From Vicugna vicugna (lineage: Eukaryota): a DNA stretch of 64,000 bases. The position numbers were made by a program, and so were the translations under genes. Shown here piece after piece: positions 36,441 to 49,900 of the stretch (positions within the stretch are counted from its first letter, which is position 1; every line of letters begins with the position of its first letter). The stretch lies in assembly GCA_013265495.1 (NCBI GenBank), contig MU057724.1, positions 1-64,000 on the forward strand, written 5' to 3'. The notes beneath the pieces are model-generated. The model worked only from the letters and a program-made list of their open reading frames with translations, searched no databases and had not been told where the DNA came from.

Positions 36441-36582
36441 TTCTGTTGAGAACTAACTTACCATGATCCTATTTAGGATTAACCTATCATATTCCTATCA
36501 AGAACTAATCTATCGAAAATCTGCCATGTTCTTATTGAGAACTAATCCACTATATGCCTGTTGAGAACTAATTTACCATGTT
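36441..36582. repeat. Degenerate minisatellite, about 26-bp unit, about 5.5 copies
   Basis: Units ttctgttgagaactaacttaccatga / tcctatcaagaactaatctatc / tcttattgagaactaatccactatat / gcctgttgagaactaatttaccatgt. Confidence 0.8.
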
Positions 36583-37619
36583 TTTATGATGGTAGCCAGA
36601 GGAAAACAAATATTTGATGGTGAAAAATTACCCACCATACTTTAGGTGAAGTTAACTTTTCATTTTTCTTAATAATTTCCACATTTTTTCTCATTTGTCT
36701 GAAGATCAGTAGATCTAGTACTGGAGGCCTGTGAAAATGGATATTTATTTAAACAACTGACAAAATAAAGATACTCTTTGCCATTTTTAGGACTTAGATG
36801 AAATAAACAATCCATTGTTTTTATTTAAAACAATTAAAAAAGTTGAAGTCCAGTAGCTCTTGAGCATAATAACATAACTATTTATGTTCTTCTACTGCTG
36901 CTTTAATTTTTATCCATGAGTAAATGTAGTCTTTGCATGATTATAATCTAGTTGTAGTATAATTCTGTGGGGTTTTTCTAGTTTTTCATGTTTATCGTTT
37001 TTAGTGATAATTTTATATTATGTTTTCTTTCTTTACCTTCCAATTGGATAAACGGTTTCTAACACAAAGGAGATCATGGGGCTTGATCTGTGAATACATA
37101 TGTTTGTGGCATTGTCCCATACGGCTGGAAGTTCTGAAGGGAAGATATAACCACGTATCTCAAAGAAGTTCAGTTTTTGACCTCTTGTAAAACATGTATT
37201 TTACAAGAGTAAAGCATTGTTTATATAACCATTGTTCTCTTATTAGAATTAGAAAATTGTTTATAATATCTGTTTTTTCACCTAGAGTGTAAGTTTCATA
37301 ACAATGGGGAATTTATCCTTTTTCATTCAGTGCTTTGTTCCCAGCCTCAAGTACAGTGTACTTGATAAATATTTGCTGATTATTAAATATTCGTTGGATT
37401 GGATTAACCTTTTTTTGCTGTTATTAAAAATGTCTGTATATACGTGTGTGTGTATACATATATATATTAATATATATGTTAATATATATATATAAAAATA
37501 TATATATATATTAGAGTTGTAGAAAAATTGACTAAAGAAAGCATTAGGAAGAATAGTCCATGAGATTGAAACGCATTCCAGAGAAGGGAACTTGAGGTCC
37601 AAGGCAAAGATAAATAGAT

Positions 37620-38208
37620 ACTAACCAGTTACACATCTTTGGGAAAGAATTTGGAATTTTCTGAGGGATAGTATCTTTTTTTTTCTTATGCTTATGAGGT
37701 AGGCCTCTAGATAGCTTCAGGTTGGAGGCTATTCACCAGGAGAACCACACATGGAAAAGATTGAGGCTTTCAGTTGCCCAACCTTTAGCGAGGCCAGTGA
37801 TTTAATTAATCATTCTTAAGTAATAAAATTCCAGAAAACTTCTGGACATTGAAGCTCAGTGGCTTTTCCTGGTTAGTGAATATATTCATGTGCTTGGAGG
37901 GTGATAGGTCCTGTTTCCACAAGGGGAGTGTATGGATACTGTGCATCTGGGACCCTCCCAGACTTCACCCTTTACATATCCTTTGTAATAAAACTAAGAT
38001 TCTTAGTGTCACTTTCCCTGAGCTCTATAAGTTGTTGTAATGAGTTATCTCACATGCAGGAACCCCTGAATTTGTAACCAGTCAGGCTGGTGATGCCTGG
38101 AAGTTGTGGCTACCGTCAGAAGGAGGCCAGTCTTGTGGAGGACTAGCCCTTAATGTGTGGGGTCTGGGCTGTCTTGAATAGTTCATGTCAGGACTGAATT
38201 GCAGTACA
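37620..38208 (+). mobile_element. MER21-like ERVL-class LTR
   Basis: ctggacattgaagctcagtgg..tgtgcttggagggtga..gggaccctcccagacttcaccc..atcctttgtaataaaac..cagtcttgtggaggact..gactgaattgcagtaca. Confidence 0.7.
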
Positions 38209-41198
38209 CTGCATTAGAATAGTGAAATTGAAACAGTGTGCTGATATACAGCTCTTCCTTGACGTTGAGAATAGAATACCATTTCATTCAATTCTCACTG
38301 CAAAGCTGTGAGGTAGTGCAGTGTTCTCTTTCCAGCTGTAAGATTTATGTTCTTAAAGGTGTCTCAAGGAGGAGAATTTTTACTTATCTTAAAACCAAAG
38401 GGAGAAATAATACTGGCATGACTTTGGTTGCAATTTAGGGCTTTTGCGATATATAGACATAAATGTTTTTTGTTTATTTTAAAAAACTTTGAAACTAAAT
38501 AAAACATTTCATGCATTTAAATTAGTAATAATGTATTATATAATCCTAAATTCTTTAACTATTTACTGATTCCATTTTCAAAACTTTCTCAGTTAAAAAA
38601 ATGTTGTACCTGATTGCAGGTAATTTTTATGCAAAGCAAAATCTTATTTTTCTACAAGTGAATCTTCATCCCTAGTTTGTTTTTGTTTAACTTTTAAATT
38701 ATTGATACTGCCTTCCTGGGTCCTACAGCCTCGAGTCTCTAGTAACTTTTGTCCCTCATATACCCAATTTAAACCTGTGTGCTCCCAGGAAGGTTTTCCA
38801 AGTTCCTTTCTAAAGCTGTATTGCCACTCATGGTAACTTCTGTCATAGCATACAGAAAGTATCAGTATTGTCTCACCTGTTTATCAGTGTTTCCTGCATG
38901 AATCTCTTATTCTCCAGTTTCTAGCCACCCCTTTCTACCCTGCCTGCTACCATGCCACAAATGACATGAGAACATGCTTCTTACAGGGAGCTGTGCGTTG
39001 CTATAGCATCTTCTGTCCTTTCCACATAGTGCTACCAGTATGTTTTTTTGTACTCTGCCTTCTGTTTTATCTCTTTCCCCTCCATTTTTCACCCTCCATT
39101 CCTATTACTAATGATCCTGGAAAGGATATTTTATATGAAATTTTATATTTAGGGAAATTGTTACAGAAGTTTGTATTAAAATTTAGCATAAGGAGGGAGG
39201 TTTTGCTTAGTTTTGGAGATGTTTCTTTTTGTTAATTTGAATCGTATGAATCTTAGAGAAGTGAAAGTGCAAGGGCTTAGGATTGAGAAGTTGAGGAGTT
39301 GTCTGGACCGAGAGGAGGTGTGTGCAGGGTTAGAAACAGACTGACCAGCTGCCAGCTCAGGGCTGTTTCTTTGGCCTCACTGCTTTCCTCTCTGTAGAGT
39401 TTCTGCCATGTGTTTTCTCATTATGATGGGAACACAAGTTAGATTTTCTTCCTCGTATTTCAGATTTGTCCTCTGTTGTGCTTTGAAATAAGTCCGCATT
39501 TTATCATTTTAAGATAACTTTTGGCATACATTGTAAACTCCGTTTCTTAATACCTGTCTTATGCCCACTGGTATTTCATTATTTACTTACCTTTAGTGCA
39601 GATATCTATCTTCATTGCCTTTCCTTTCAACAATCAGGCTATACTGTACTAACAGTCTAATTGTGGGCATGATCTCCACATGTGCTTGAAACCTGATTGG
39701 TTACATTTTTGAAGAGATATTTCAAAATGTACAGGTAATGTGATATAATGGGGAGACTACGTTAATGTAAAGGTAGCATTAGTTTTAGCTAGTGTTGGCT
39801 TATAAAAATGCCAATGCAGTGTTATCTAAACTGCTGATTCTCTGTGGTAAAGTAAGAATTTAGATTCGTATGTGTGGTTTTTTGATTTGTAAAATATACC
39901 TGGTACTACACACCTGTAAGAAAGACCAAAAAACCAATGAAACCCCCAAGACTTGACAACATTGAGTTCTAGTCGGAATGAGGAGTGACTGGAGTGCTCA
40001 GACATTGCTTTTAGGGATACAAAATTGTACGGCTACTTTGAAAGCAGTCTGGCAGTTTCTCATAAAATTAAGGATATGTTAGTGAGTGATGTCAGCTTCG
40101 TGGCCTTGTAAGTCGTTCCTCCTTTCTCTCATCTTTAACGAGGAATTGAACATACCTTTGTGAACAAAAGTGCTTCTAGCACCCTCTGCCAAGGGACCTG
40201 GGAGGCTTCTAGCCCCCTTAAGTATCCAAAAAATAAACAAAACCTTGGTAAGGGCCATGGATCCAGGAGATTTGGCAAGCTTGCACCACCATCACTTGTG
40301 CAGTTGGGGAAAAACTTGTAGAGTGCAGACCTGGATAGGAGAGAAAGAATTTATAGAAGTCCTGGCTGCTTGTGGAGACATTCAAGCATGGCATTAGAGT
40401 GGTATAGATACAAGTGGATGCAGAGAGGTAGGGACTCTCTCTCCCCAAGATGACACTGCATGGGGTAAGCTGTCAGGCCATGGCAATGGTCACCTCTCCC
40501 CTGAAGGAGGTGGAAAATGATGAGTGAGTACCTGGCTATCATAGCTCTGTGTATCATGGCTGGAGAAACCCATTTCTGTACACCAGCACCCTGATTTCTG
40601 AGGCGGGACCCCCATGCCTGGAAGGAGGGAGAAGAAAAGAAAGGAAGAGATTAGAATATTACAGGGCATTAAAGGCGCTCAGTTCTTATTGTTTGCTGAA
40701 AGAATTCTGCCCACAAACTTCTGTTAGTACTCCAATCAGGGATCTCCCCTCCAGGCCCTTGGGCACCCCCAAAGCCCCAAGTACTAAACTCATACCTCCC
40801 CACACTGTGCAGTTGGCTCTTGAGTGTGGCAGTGAGAGCAAGTCTTAGAAAAATGGACCAGGGTATATGAGCAAGGGAGAAACCACCACCTGGAGCTATA
40901 GCACTGCTGTCTAGAAAAGAAAAGAGGTTTCCTGCAGCCAGTCTGGTGAGTTCTAAGAACAAGAGAAAACACAAAGTTATGAATTCTGCCACAAGAGGGA
41001 GCAAGAAGAGTGGAACAGGTCTGTCATTGTTAAACTAGGAAACCCCATAGAAGCAGCACCAAGGAACAGTACCCCATCTGAAGATAACCAGTAAAGATAC
41101 TTCAGATGCAAAAGTAGTAGCAAAAAAATACAAGGAACTAAAAAAAAAAAATCAGGAAAATATTCCATCACCTAAAGATACCAGTAATTCTCCAGCAA

Positions 41199-41526
41199 TT
41201 CAAAAAAGACCCAGAATTGCCAAAGCATTATTGAAGAAAAAGAACGAAGCTGGAGGAATAACCTTCCCAGACTTCAGATAATATTACAGAGCTACAGTAA
41301 TCAAAACAGCATAGTATTGGTACAAAAACAGACGTATGAATCAATGGAACAGAATAGAGAGCCTAGGAATAAGTCTACAGACCTGTGGTCAATTAATCTT
41401 TGACAAAGGAGGCAAGAATATTCAGTGGAGAGAAGACAGTCTCTTCAACAAGTGGTGTTGGGAAAACTGGGTAGCAGCATGTAAATCAGTGAAGTTAGAA
41501 CACTCCCACACTCCATACACGAAAAA
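41199..41526 (+). mobile_element. Internal ORF2 fragment of a younger L1 inserted in ORF1 of the host L1, with TSD and no 3' UTR or poly(A)
   Basis: Encodes [39 protein letters not shown]. Flanked by taattctcca at 41185-41194 and 41527-41536. Confidence 0.8.
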
Positions 41527-44500
41527 TAATTCTCCAAAAACTTAGCTCAAAAACACAGAATATTGTGGCCCAGCTGATAAGGAATTAAAAAGAAACTCAA
41601 CAAGCTACAAGAGTACTCAGAAAGGTAGTTCAGTGATATCAGGAAAAAGATACATGAACAAAATTGAACTCTTTACAGAAGAGAAGCCACAAAAAAGAAC
41701 CAGAAAGAAATTCTGGAGGTGAAGAATTCAATGAGCGAGATGAAGAATACAGTAGAGAGCATCTGTAGTACAGTAGAGCAGATGGATGATCAAATAAGAG
41801 AATTTGCTAGTAGTAGTACAGTTAGAACAGAACAAAGAGCAATAAAAATGAGTGAAGAAAGCCTTTGTGATCTAAAGGGCGAACATTCATACACCTGGAA
41901 TTCAAGGATTCCAGAAGAAGTGAAAAAAGGGGAAGAAAATTTAGTTAAATAAATAATAGTTGAAAACTTCCCACGCCTGGGGCAAGACTTGGACATCCAA
42001 TTAAGAAGCTAATAGGTCACCCTATTATCTCAGTATCAAAAGACCTTTTCTAAGACATATCATAATGAAATTATTAAAAAATCAAAGATAAAGAAAGAAC
42101 ACTAAAGGCAGCCAGAGACTGTAACTTACAAAGGAACCCCTTTTAAGCTATCAGCACTTATCTCAGCAGAAACCCTACAGGCAGGAGAGAGTGGAATAAC
42201 TTATTCGAAGTGCTGAAAGATAAAAAAAAAATAGCAACCAACAATATTCTATCTGGCAAAGCTACTCTTTAGATATGAAGGAGAAATGAAAACTTTCCCA
42301 GACAAACAAAGACTAAGAGAGTTCATCACTACAGAACTGCCTTGGAAGAAATGCTGAGAGGAGTTCTTCAAGCAGAATTGAAAAGATGCTAATCAACAAT
42401 ATAAAAACAACACAAAAGTATACAAGACACTGGTAAAGGTAAAAAATATAGTTAGGTTTGGAAAACTCCAATTCTGTAATAGAATGATGTATTAGCTAAG
42501 GCTAAAGGAAAAGAGTATTAAAAATAACTACAGCTACTATAATTTGTTAATGAATATACAGCATTAAGAGAGATAAATTGTGACATCAAAGATACAGAAG
42601 GCAAGGAGTAAAAGGGTAAGAGCCTTTATAGCTGAGTGAAGATAAATTATCAGCATAAAATATATTGTTTTCTCTATGAGATGTTTTATATAAGCTCCAT
42701 GATAACCACAAAGCACAAATGTAAAGTAGATGCATGAAACATTAAAAAAGGGGGGTAGACAGAGCATGCCACTTTGGAAAAACCACAGACTTACAAAGAT
42801 ACATAGAAACAGAGGGAAAAAGAAATAATGGAAATAGAAAACATTCAGAAGGCAAACAATAAGATGGCAGTAGTAAATCTTCACATAGCATTAATTACTA
42901 TGATTGTAAATGAATTCACCAGCCAAAAGGCACAGAGTGGCTGGATGGGTTAAAAAAAAAACAAGACCCAACTATCTGCAAGAGATTCATTTCGCTCTAA
43001 AGACGTGTAGGCTCAAAGTAAAGGAATGGAAGAAGATATTTCATGTATGTGAAAATCCGAAGAAAGCAGAGTAGCCTTAAGTATATCAGACAAAATACAC
43101 TTTAAGCCAAAAAAGAGAACAAGAGATGAAGGTTATCATATCATGATAAAGGGGTCAGTATATCAAGTTGACAGAACAATTGTAAATATAACACTTTCAA
43201 CATTGGAGCACCTAAATATATTAGGCAGATACTAACAGATCTGAAGAGAGAAACCAATACAAATGCAATAACAATATGGGACTTCAACACCCCATTTTTA
43301 ACAGGGAATAAGTCTTCCAGGTAGAAAATCAACAGGGAGATGTTGGAATTGAGCCATTCTTTAGACCAAATGGATTTAACAGATATGTATGGAATATTTC
43401 ATTCAACAGTAGCAGAATATGCATTCTTCTCAAGTATACTTGGAATTCTCTAGAATAGCTCATAAGATAGGACACAAACACCAGTCTTAGCAAATTTATG
43501 AAAATTGAAATCATACCAACTATATTTTCTGACCACAGTGGAATGAAACTAGAAATCAACAACAAGAGGAAGGTTGGAAAATCTACAATAATATGGAAAC
43601 CAAACAACACACTTGTGAACAACCAGTGAGTCAAAGAAGAAATCAAACGGGAAATAAAAATTACCTTGAAACAAATGAAAATGGAAACACAACAACCAAA
43701 ACCTATAGGATGCTACAAAAGCAATTCTGAGAGGAAAGTTTATAGTGATAAATGAATGTATCTCAAATAACCTAACTTTGTGCCTCAAAGAACTAGAAGA
43801 AGAACAAATTAAGCCCAAGTTATCAGAAGGAAAGAAACAATAAAGATCATAGCAGAGATAAATGAAATAGAGACCAGAAAAAAAAATAGAAAGGATCAAT
43901 AAAACTGAGAACTGGTTTCTTGAAAAAATAAAATTGACAGACCGTTAGCTAGGGTATCTATGAATAAAGAAGACTGAAATAAATAAAATTAGAAGTGAAA
44001 GAGGAGCCCTTGCAGCTGATACTACAGAAATACATAGAATCATAAGAGACTGCTACAACAATTGTATGCTTTTGTATTATATGACAAAAATTAGATAATC
44101 TAGAAGAAATCAATAAGTTCTTAGAAACACGAAATGCACCAAGACTAAATAAGGAAGAAATAGACTGAAATCTGAATAGATGGATCACTAGTAAGGAGAC
44201 TGAATCAATAATCAGCAACCTCCCAAGACAGAAAACCCCAGGATGAGATGGCTTCACTGGTGAATTTTAACAAATATTTAAAGAAGAATTAATGCCAGCC
44301 TTTCTCAGACTCTTCCAAAAAGTTGAAGAGGAGGAAACACTTCCATACTCATTCTGTGAGGCCAGCATTACCCTGATACCAAGTCAGATAAGGACACTGT
44401 AAGAAAACTATGGACCAATATCACTTCTGAACATAGGTGTAAAAATTCTCAACAAAATATTAGCTAACCAAATTCAAGAATACATTAAAACATGGTATGC

Positions 44501-46495
44501 CATGACCAAGTGGGATTTATCCCTGGGATGGAAGGGTGGTTCAACATACATAAATCAATAAATGTGATATGCCACATTAATAGAATGAAAGATAATCACA
44601 TGATCATCTCATTAGCTACAGAAAAAGCATTTGACAACATACAACATCCTTGCATGATAACAATTCTCAACAGATTGATTATAGAAGGAACATACCTCAA
44701 CATAATGAAGGCCATATACAACAAACCCACAGCTAATTTATAGTTAGTGGTGAAAATTTGAAGGCTTTTTCTCTAAGATCAGAAGAAGACAAAGATGCTC
44801 ACTCTTACCACTGTTATTTAATGCAGTAGTGGAAGTCCTAGCTAGAGCAGTTAGACGTGACAAAGAAATAAGATATCCATATTGAAAAGAAGTAAAATTA
44901 TCATTATTTGCAGATGATATGCTTTTGTATATAGAAAATCCCAAAGACAACTGACAAACTATTAGAACTAATCAATGAATTCAGTAAAGCTGCAGGATGT
45001 AAAATCGGTAAATAGAAATCAGTTTCATTTCTATACACTAATAATAAAACATCTGCAAAGGAAATAAAGGAAAGTATCCTATTCATAATAACATCAAAAT
45101 ATCTAGGAATAATATAGTATCTAGGAATAAATTCAGCCAAGGAATTGAAAAATCTGTACAACAAAAGTAGTAAGATTATGTTGAAAGAAACTGAAGCAGA
45201 CACAAATAAATGGAAAGACATTTCACGTTCAAGGATTAGAAGAATTAATATTGTGAAAATATCCATTCTACCTAAAATTATCTATAGATTCAGTGTAATC
45301 TCCAATTAAATTCTAATAGGATTCTTCAAAGAAATTGAAAAAAAATCTAAAATTTGTATGGAACCACAAAAGACTGCAAGTAGTCAAACAGTCATGAGAA
45401 AGAACAAAGCCAGAGGCATAACACTCCAACTATATTGCAAAGCTGTAGTAATTAAAACAAGATGGTATCAGCATAAAAGTAGACATATACCAGTGTAACA
45501 GAACAGAGAACCCAGAAATAAACTCCTGCATATACAGTGAACTAATATTTGACAAGGGAGCCAAGAACATCTAATCGGGAAAGAATAGTCTCTTTCACAA
45601 ACGGTGTTGGGAAAAATGGATAACCACGTGCAGAAAAATGAAATTGGACTCCTGTCTTACATGATTCACAAAAATTAACTTGAAATGGATCAAAGACTTC
45701 AGTATAAGACCTGAGTTACAAAACTTGAAGAAAATGTAGGTTAGAAGCTCTTTGACATTGGTCTTGGCAATGATTTTTTTGATATGGCACCAAAGGCATA
45801 AATTAGAAAAGCAAAAGTCAGTGAGTGAAACTACATCAAACTTAAAAGCTTCTGTATAGCAAAAGAAACCACCGACGAACTAGAAAGGCAGCACTACTGA
45901 ATGGGAGAAAATATTTGCAACCCATATACCAGATAAGTAATTAATATCTAAAATATAAAAATAACTCATACAACTCGATAACAAAGAAACAAAAAACAAA
46001 AAGTCTGATTAAAAATGGGCAGACCAACTAAAGAAGTATTTTCTCAAAGAAAACATTCAAATGACTAAAAGGTGTGTGGAAAGATGCTCATCATCACTAA
46101 GCATGGGGAAATGCAAATCAAATGCCACAATGAGATCGTACCTTACACCTATTAGAATGGCTGTCATCAATAAAACAAAAGATAAGTGTTGGCAAGGATG
46201 TAGAGAAAAGGAACACTTGTACGCTGTTTGTAGGAATGGAAATTGGTTCATCTACTATGGAAAACAATCTGAATGTTCCTCAAAAAGTCAAAAATAGATT
46301 TACCATTACAATCTAGCAATTCCCCTTCTGGGTATATACCCAAAGGAAATGAAAACAGTCGACACTGAGATAATTATCTAGAGACAGGTTGCACTTCAGT
46401 GTTTATTACAGCATTATTCACAGTAGCCAAGATGGGGAAACAGCCTAAGTGAATATCAACAGATGAATGGATAAAGATGTGTTTTATGAATATAT

Positions 46496-47306
46496 GTAGG
46501 CCTCTCCAAGATGTTGCGGGTTCAGTTCCAGACCACTGTTACAAAGTGAATTGCAGTAAAGCAAGTCACATGAATTTTTTGGTTTCTCAGTGTGTATAAA
46601 AGTTATGTTTATACTATACTGTAGTCAGTTAAGTGTGCAATAAATAGCATTATGTCAAAAAAAAATGTACATACCCTAATTTAAAAATTACTTTATTGCT
46701 AAAAAATGCTAACCATTTGGTGCCTTCAGCCAGTTGTTGTCCCTTTGCTGGTGGAGAATCTCACCTTGATGTTGATGCTGATGACTGGTCAGGGTAGTGG
46801 TTGCTATAAGTTGAGGTGGCAGTTTCTTAAAGTAAACAATAATTGGTTGACCCTTTTCTAGTGAACGATTTCTCTGTAGTGTGCAATATTGTTTCATAAT
46901 ATTTTACCCATAGTAGAACTTCTTTCAAAATTGGAGTCAGTCCTCTCAAACCCTGCTGCTGCTTTGTTACTACATTTATATAATATTCTAAATCCTTTGC
47001 TGCCATTTTAACAATTGATTAAGTTCACTGTCTTATATGGGCAAGGTTCGTGGACCCCAAAACAATTACAAGAGTAACATCAGGGATCACTTATCACAGA
47101 TCACTACCAAATATAATAATGAAAAACTTTGAAATACCGTGAGAATTCTTAAAATGTGACAGAGACACAAAGTGAGCAAATGCTATTGGAAAAATGGCAC
47201 TGACAGACTTGTTGGAGGCAGGGTAGCCACAAACCTTCAAATTGTAAAAAATGCAGTATCTGCAAAATGCAATAAAGTGGCATGCAATAAAAACAAGGTA
47301 TGCTTG
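46496..47306 (-). mobile_element. Internally deleted non-autonomous Tigger1 derivative nested in the L1 3' UTR
   Basis: Both Tigger1 ends present (ttgcgggttcagttccagaccac; aaaacaaggtatgcttg) and joined at about 47015. Same sequence family as 14099-16653. Confidence 0.88.
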
Positions 47307-47849
47307 TTCAGTGGGTTGTTACTCAGCCAGGGAAGAGGAGGACATTCTGCCATTTGTGACAACATGGATAAACACTGAGGACATTTTGTTAAGTGAGATG
47401 TCAGGCTGAGAAAGACATGGTCACTTACATGTGAAATCTAACAAAATCAAATTGGTAAAAACAGAGAGTGAGATAGTGGCTAACCAGAAGCTGGACTAGG
47501 GGCTGGAGACACAGGACAAATGTCGTGTAAGAGCACAAACTTGGCAACTAGTTGACAAATATGTCCTGGAGATCAAATGTATAAATGTAGTGAGTATAGA
47601 CAACAGTATTGTATCATAATCATCAGTCTTGCTAGGAGACTAGATCTTGTTTTCACCACACACACAAAAAATAATAGGTAATATGGTAGAAGTGCTGACT
47701 TGCTGCAATGGTAGTCATATTACAAAGTATAAATGTTTCAAATCAACATGTGTAAATTTTTATATTATATGTCAAATATGTTTCAACTAAATGAATAAAT
47801 ACATAATACACACACGTAGACACACACACAGAGACACACACATACATAT

Positions 47850-49900
47850 TTAGGGTTATACTAAGCTCAATTCTCAGTACTTATCTAGGTGAACTGAAAA
47901 CATATTTTCACAAAAACTTGAACATGGAAGTTAACAGCAGCTTTGCTCATAGCCTTTCTAAACTGGAATTAACCCAGATGTCCTTCAGCAGGTAAATGGA
48001 TGCATCCACACAGTGGAACACTCTCAGTAATGAAAAGAAACTATTGATCTATGCAGCCACGTGTGTGAATCTTCAATGCATTTTGCCAAGTGAAAGAAGT
48101 CAGAACCAAGTATATAATACAGTACTGTCAGGATGGAAAACAGATCAGTGGTTGACAACATTGAGCTAAGGGACTGACTACAAAGGAGAGAGATAAGTTC
48201 TCAAGGTGAGGAGCTGTCCGTCACGTACTGTGGCAATGCATGTACAAGTCCATGCTTGTCACAACCTACAGACATTTACATAAATCAGTTAAGTCAGGTT
48301 GTGAGGGGAACCCAGGAGGGAATACAGACTGTGGTGGATGATATAACTTCACTCAAGGGTTTGAGGAAGAGGGAGCTGACTTAAGTAACTTTAGCTAAAT
48401 ACTATAATGCTAAAAACAAACAAACAAAACTGTAGATACACATTGTATTCTAGTTGATGGTTGTTTCTCACAGCTGCATGACTTAGCAATTTTGAAAATA
48501 CTTTGCTTGTGTACTCTGGTTGATCACATAAGTAAATTTATCTTCTATTGTAGATACTAAGAGCTGAGGAGAATGAAGGTACAAATAAGCAATGGGAAAT
48601 GCTAAAATCAACTTCATGGTGTAGTATTGGAGTTCAGTCTATCAGTATGAACTTACATGCTTTCTTTAAGAAAAGAAAAAAAAATATATATATAGATACA
48701 CACATATATACACATATATACACACGTAGATAGGTTCAAGAAAGAAATACAGAAATGTGTGTGTGTGTGTGTGTAATTTTCTATCTCTGTCCACTGAGGG
48801 GGCCTAGAAGTGGTGAACAACAAGTAAAGCTAGCAGCCCTGGTCATGGTTTTCAGTGCCACGCTGCAATAAAGGGAATCAGCGCTCTTTAGAAAAGCAGT
48901 TTAATCTGTGACCAGGGCAGAGAAAATAAAAGATGAGCGTGGAGCATCTTTTGTTGTCAGAGAATAAGAAAGTATTTAGGTATTCGAAAAAGATATTGGG
49001 AGAAATGTCCAAAAGACATATTTAATACTTGGCCAAAGCTGAAACAACAGTTGGGGCAGTGAGATAAAGACTGATAATATTGAATTATAACCCAAAGAAT
49101 AAAATAAATATCCAAGAGTCCATACTGCTATAGATACCTGGTTGAATAAGTAAATATAAACAAACAGAAGACATAGAACAACTTAGAGTTTCAGTAAATG
49201 TCAATGGAATGAGGGAAACAGGAAACGATCTTTAGGCCAGAACAGTAATAACTGCTGAAGGCAAGATCCATTACTGAATGTTAAAATCAATGGCAAAACT
49301 TAAGGAGAAATAGGATATATTTGTATCACTTTAAAGTACCCCCCCCCCAATATTTAGTAATTACAGAGCAAAGAATAGTAACTTCACCTGATGAACTCTG
49401 GCAGGCACCCTTTTAACCAGGTGATCAATGTTAATAAGACATTGATATTATGTATTCTCTGATGTGATGAACTGAGGATACACCACCGCAATGTTCCTGA
49501 CCTCAGTCTACTCATGAGAAAATATTTCGGAAATCCGTATTGAGGGACATTCTACAAAATATCTGAATGATACTTTGCAAAGGTGCCAAGTTTGAAAGAT
49601 GAGTGAAGTAAGAAGAGCCATCACACATGGGAGGAAAATTGGAATACATGGCAGTTAAATGCCATGTGTGATCCTGGATTGGATCCTGAAACAGAAAGAC
49701 TGGAGAAATACTGATTAAAGCCTTTAGTTTAAATAACAATATTGTACCAGCGTTAATTTTTATTTTCCTGACTATAACATGATTATATAAAATGTTAACA
49801 TTAGGGGAAGCTGGGTGAAGACTATATAGAAAACTGTACTATCTTTGTAACTCTTTTTTATGTCTAAAATTTTATCAAAACAAAGTTTTAAAAAAATTCC
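47850..49900 (+). mobile_element. Older L1 (L1MC3-like) 3' region, continuing the fragment at about 39930-40080 that was split by the full-length L1
   Basis: cccaaagaataaaataaatatccaagagtccatactg; tgtgtgatcctggattggatcctgaaacagaaa; gttaacattaggggaagctgggtgaag. Confidence 0.75.

Larger units (their letters stand above)
40085..47800 (+). mobile_element. Near full-length decayed L1: 5' UTR, ORF1 about 41100-42390, ORF2 from about 42864, L1MA9-like 3' end
   Basis: Collinear ORF1, endonuclease, RT ([28 protein letters not shown] at 44907-44921) and C-terminal motifs, plus 3' UTR. Many stops and frameshifts; no TSD recognised. Confidence 0.92.

Noticed and set aside
36441..36582. CRISPR-like appearance of repeated ~26-bp units
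   Set aside because: Eukaryotic DNA, degenerate contiguous units, no spacers and no cas genes.
42864..46470. Possible active L1 ORF2
   Set aside because: Numerous stops and frameshifts; no long ORF in the six-frame track.
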